From an uncultured Chloroflexia bacterium (lineage in GTDB: Bacteria > Chloroflexota > Anaerolineae > JAAYZQ01): a stretch of DNA of 64,000 bases. Under the pieces are notes generated by a model. That model was given only the letters and a program-made list of their open reading frames with translations. It was not told the DNA's origin and searched no databases. Each line of letters opens with the position of its first letter. Within the stretch, counting starts at the first letter, position 1. Location: positions 864,001 to 928,000 of the forward strand of contig CAVOXA010000010.1 in assembly GCA_963700285.1 (NCBI GenBank), given 5' to 3'. A program made the translations under genes and the position numbers. Below, in pieces: positions 61,100-64,000 of this stretch.

Positions 61100-61313
61100 C
61101 ACTTAGTGGCATCTGCCGGCTAAAGAAGGTGATGCCAACGCCATCCTTCTTGCAAAAGATCACCATCGTGATGAGGCCGGCGATGCCCGGCCTCCACTGG
61201 GGCAGGAAGGTCAGCCCGGGCAGCAGCCCGCCTTCCTGCTGAAGGCCGCCGATAAGCATCGTAAACACCCACGTCAGAACGTAGAAGACAACCACTCGCA
61301 GAATCATGTCCAT
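61100..61313 (-). pseudogene. N-terminal fragment of a membrane protein (possibly CPBP/CAAX protease-like) fused in frame to the SARP remnant
   Basis: RBS AAGGAG; VFYVLTWVFT...PQWRPGIAGL hydrophobic start; frame continues into the SARP sequence. Confidence 0.5.
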
Positions 61314-61333
61314 CTCCTTTCTGTGTACTCGGA

Positions 61334-61582
61334 TTACTCTACTTCCTCGAACCCAGCCTGCCCTTTTTCACCCGGATCAAGCCGCTGCACAGAAAGCAGC
61401 GTCAGGCCCAGGTCACGCGCCCGGTCCAGTAGGCCGAACAGAGCGGCGCCGTCGGCCACGGGGCCGGTCAGCACGGTCGAGCCATCCGGACCGAGGGCCA
61501 GGGACAGGCCATCGAACCACGCCGACCAGTGCTCATCGAGCTGCTCTTGCACCTGGATCTCGTAGAATACGTTCTCGTTCAC
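61334..61582 (-). CDS. Small conserved hypothetical protein
   Basis: YEIQVQEQLDEHWSAWFDGL...TVLTGPVADGAALFGLLDRARDLGLTLLSV, a recognisable family seen near MalT-like regulators. Confidence 0.8.
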   Translation of the reverse strand: MNENVFYEIQVQEQLDEHWSAWFDGLSLALGPDGSTVLTGPVADGAALFGLLDRARDLGLTLLSVQRLDPGEKGQAGFEEVE

Positions 61583-61592
61583 AGGACGATCC

Positions 61593-61837
61593 TCATTCTC
61601 TTGTATGTGCAAGGGAACGGGCGACCTGCTCTGCCATTTCGACGGCTAGCGCCCGGTTCTGTCTGCCATCCGCGTAGTTGTCGTCGTCGTTGGGCCGCAT
61701 CCGGTAGAGAAGCAGCGACTTCACAAAGCTGCCGTGTGCTTTACGGACGGCTCCCTGGAGGGCCTTGGACGATTGAGCCACCAGTACGACAGGATCCAGG
61801 CCGCGGCGAGAATCGCCAGGATGATAATCGGAACCAT
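61593..61837 (-). pseudogene. Short frameshifted fragment of a membrane-anchored protein
   Basis: MVPIIILAILAAAWILSYWWLN start with RBS AGGTG; early stop at 61721 and possible continuation in frame 61593-61781. Confidence 0.45.
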
Positions 61838-61845
61838 GGTTTCAC

Positions 61846-62616
61846 CTACTTTCCGGCGCTGAAGGTAAAGCGGATGGCGCTTTTGGTACAGCCGTCCACA
61901 CAGTTGCCGCACAGGATGCACTCGCCGTCCTCCATGTCGGCCCGCTGCACCATGCCGTTGACATCCAGGCTCATGGGGCAGTTGCGCGTGCAGGTCAGGC
62001 AGTCGGTGCACTTGGCCGGCTCGGCCACCAGGCGCAGCGCTGGCCACCTGCCCAGGTTGCGGAGCCTGCGCCCGAGGATCATGAACGGCGCCATCCAGCA
62101 GATGGTGTGGCAGCCTGCCCGCCGTCCAAAGATCACGGCCAGGCCGAGGAACAGGGCAATGATGATGTAGTAGATCATGAACCAGGGCGGGCCTCCGCCG
62201 TCCAGCGGCAGGGCCATGGTCACGCCGGTCTCCAGTTGGTACAGGGGGTCCACGGCATGGTAGCCGCCGGCGCCGATGGCCAGGGCAACGATGAGGCCGA
62301 TCCACGGGATCCAGATGGCCCACTTGATCCAGTTGAACTTGCCGCCCGGGGTCGGCTTGTTGTTGATCGGCTGGCCGAACTCCTGCAAGGCGCCGGCCGG
62401 ACAGGCCCAGCCGCACCACAGCCGGCCCACGAACAGGGACGACAGGAACATCAGCCCAAAGACGATGAAACTGCCGTTGATGATCCCCTCCGACGCGCCC
62501 TGCAGGATGAGGGCCGGGGAGAAGTAGTAGAGCGTGACGGGGAACAGCAGCAGCGAGACGAACAACAACGCTTTCCGAATTCGCTGCCGGCGGGGCAACT
62601 GCTTGACCTTGACCAT
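61846..62616 (-). CDS. Membrane 4Fe-4S binding protein (NapH/YccM-like)
   Basis: GRLWCGWACPAG, CHTICW, CTDCLTCTRNCP, CILCGNCVDGC; RBS GGAGGT. Confidence 0.92.
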   Translation of the reverse strand: MVKVKQLPRRQRIRKALLFVSLLLFPVTLYYFSPALILQGASEGIINGSFIVFGLMFLSSLFVGRLWCGWACPAGALQEFGQPINNKPTPGGKFNWIKWAIWIPWIGLIVALAIGAGGYHAVDPLYQLETGVTMALPLDGGGPPWFMIYYIIIALFLGLAVIFGRRAGCHTICWMAPFMILGRRLRNLGRWPALRLVAEPAKCTDCLTCTRNCPMSLDVNGMVQRADMEDGECILCGNCVDGCTKSAIRFTFSAGK

Positions 62617-62659
62617 GTGTACCTCCGTGTTAGAAAAGCCAGATGTCATATCGGGCCCC

Positions 62660-62717
62660 AGTATACCAGGGGTGGGGTTGGGCTGTCATCCAACTTTGGT
62701 TGGATCGTAGGTTGGAT
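62660..62717 (-). promoter_or_regulatory. Extended -10 promoter with three ATCCAAC boxes
   Basis: Minus strand: ATCCAACC-tacg-ATCCAACC-aaa-GTTGGAT, then TGgTATACT 22 nt after the last box. Confidence 0.7.
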
Positions 62718-62755
62718 TTGGCGGCTGCCGGGAGGGCGCAGTAGCTCCGCCGCGG

Positions 62756-64000
62756 CTACAGCAAGCCCAGTGCCCGGGCCTGGGCGATGGCCTGGGTACG
62801 GTTTCGGACGCCCAGCTTGCCATAGATGCTGTTGGTGTGGGACTTGACGGTGCTCACGGCGATGAAGAGCCGATTGGCGATGGCCTGGTTGGTCAGGCCG
62901 TCAGCGACGAGGCGCAGCACCTCCAGCTCCCGCTCGCTCAGAGGCTCGACCAGCCCGCCAGCCGGCTGGCGGCCCCACGAGGTGCGGGCCTGCTCATCGC
63001 GGGCCTGGGCCGCGCCAGGGTCAGGGGGAACCCTGGGTTCGGCGGCGGCAAAGGCGGCCAACAGCTCAGCGGTGTAAACCAGCAGCCGCCCTGGCTCTGG
63101 ATCACCTTCCGCCACAGTTTGGCCCGCGAGTCGAGGCCTGAGATCGGAGAGCAGAGACCGCAGTGGCTCACCTTCGTCCAGAAAGGTTCGCAGGTACCCC
63201 TCCGGCTCGGCGACGGCCACGGCTTTGGTGAGTGGGGCCACGGCCCGGTCCTGGTCGCCCTGGGCACGGCGGGTGAGAGCCTGGAGAACCAGGATCTCGA
63301 TCGTGCGCCCCAACAGCCCTTGCGTCTCGACCGCTTCCAGCAGACGGGCGAGCAAGCGGCCAGCGGCGCCGTCCTGGCCCAGGGCAAGTAGCGCGCGCGC
63401 CAGGGTGCTGTATCCCCTTTCACGGAGGGGATTGATCTCCCCTTCTGCGTCCAGGCCACAGTCGCGTACCCAGCGTTCCACGGCGGGAAGATCGCGCTGG
63501 ATCACCGCCAGGCGCACTTTGCCAGCGGCGACGCTGGCCGCGGCCATTGGATGGAGACCCTCTGCCAATCGCTCTGCCTTCTGCATGGCGTCGTACGCCC
63601 CGGGGAGGTCACCTTGGGCACGGCAGAGCCAGGCCACAGCGACATAGTCGCCGGTCAGGGCATCGGCGTTGCCCCACAGCCGGCCCAGTTCGATGCTCCG
63701 CGCCAGGTGGTGGGCAGCGGCCTCCAGATCGTTCCACTCATATAGCACCACGCCCATCCCCGAGTGGGCCTGGGCGGCAACGGGCGAATGGCCGGCCATT
63801 TCGAGCGCCCGCCGGTAGGCGTCGAACGCACTGTGGAGCCGCCCCTGCTGCACCTGCAGGTCGGCCAGCAGAGTGGAGGCAGGCACTGCCAGGTGGATGT
63901 TGCCGGAGACCTTGCCCATCTCGCTGGCCTCAGCGAGGGCACGTGCAGCGGCGGCCAGATCACCGCCCACAAGGTGAGCACCGCCCAGGGTGAAGGCCAC
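62756..64000 (-). CDS. MalT-like LuxR family regulator (C-terminal part, 5' end outside the window)
   Basis: TPR-like sensor region, FLDEGEP, EPLSERELEVLRLVADGLTNQAIA..LFIAVSTVKSH..IYGKLGV. Confidence 0.95.
   Translation of the reverse strand: MAFTLGGAHLVGGDLAAAARALAEASEMGKVSGNIHLAVPASTLLADLQVQQGRLHSAFDAYRRALEMAGHSPVAAQAHSGMGVVLYEWNDLEAAAHHLARSIELGRLWGNADALTGDYVAVAWLCRAQGDLPGAYDAMQKAERLAEGLHPMAAASVAAGKVRLAVIQRDLPAVERWVRDCGLDAEGEINPLRERGYSTLARALLALGQDGAAGRLLARLLEAVETQGLLGRTIEILVLQALTRRAQGDQDRAVAPLTKAVAVAEPEGYLRTFLDEGEPLRSLLSDLRPRLAGQTVAEGDPEPGRLLVYTAELLAAFAAAEPRVPPDPGAAQARDEQARTSWGRQPAGGLVEPLSERELEVLRLVADGLTNQAIANRLFIAVSTVKSHTNSIYGKLGVRNRTQAIAQARALGLL

Overview
GC-rich bacterial chromosomal window. 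The Pro/Thr-rich membrane-anchored proteins, the MalT-like regulator and the SARP-STAND-WD40 remnant resemble Chloroflexota/Anaerolineae (inference only). Five blocks: (1) 1-20.8 kb, a catabolic island (MlrC/M81 peptidase, AOR-family oxidoreductase, sulfatase, Gfo/Idh/MocA, LacI, two UroD-like proteins, two aldolases, creatininase, Ldh_2, AKR, HemL-like aminotransferase, LarA-like racemase, amidohydrolase). It has four near-consensus sigma70 promoters, each carrying the same LacI-type palindromic operator. (2) 20.8-30.7 kb, membrane/hypothetical genes, a decayed ISL3 element and a stand-alone gyrB. (3) 30.7-41.9 kb, a biotin/B12 acyl-CoA cluster: a transcarboxylase-like trio with no biotin carboxylase, epimerase, MeaB, carbonic anhydrase, tpiA, and two mutase large subunits (Tyr/Arg methylmalonyl-CoA type and Phe/Gln isobutyryl-CoA type) with one B12-binding small subunit. 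(4) 42-53 kb, GT2 and RmlD next to four membrane-anchored modular surface proteins and a site-2 protease. (5) 53-64 kb, an IS256 followed by truncated and chimeric genes and a MalT-like LuxR module with a repeated ATCCAAC box. No rRNA, tRNA or CRISPR array was seen. Several frameshifts are +1 insertions in homopolymers and may be sequencing errors. All family assignments come from motif recognition by eye, not from database searches.
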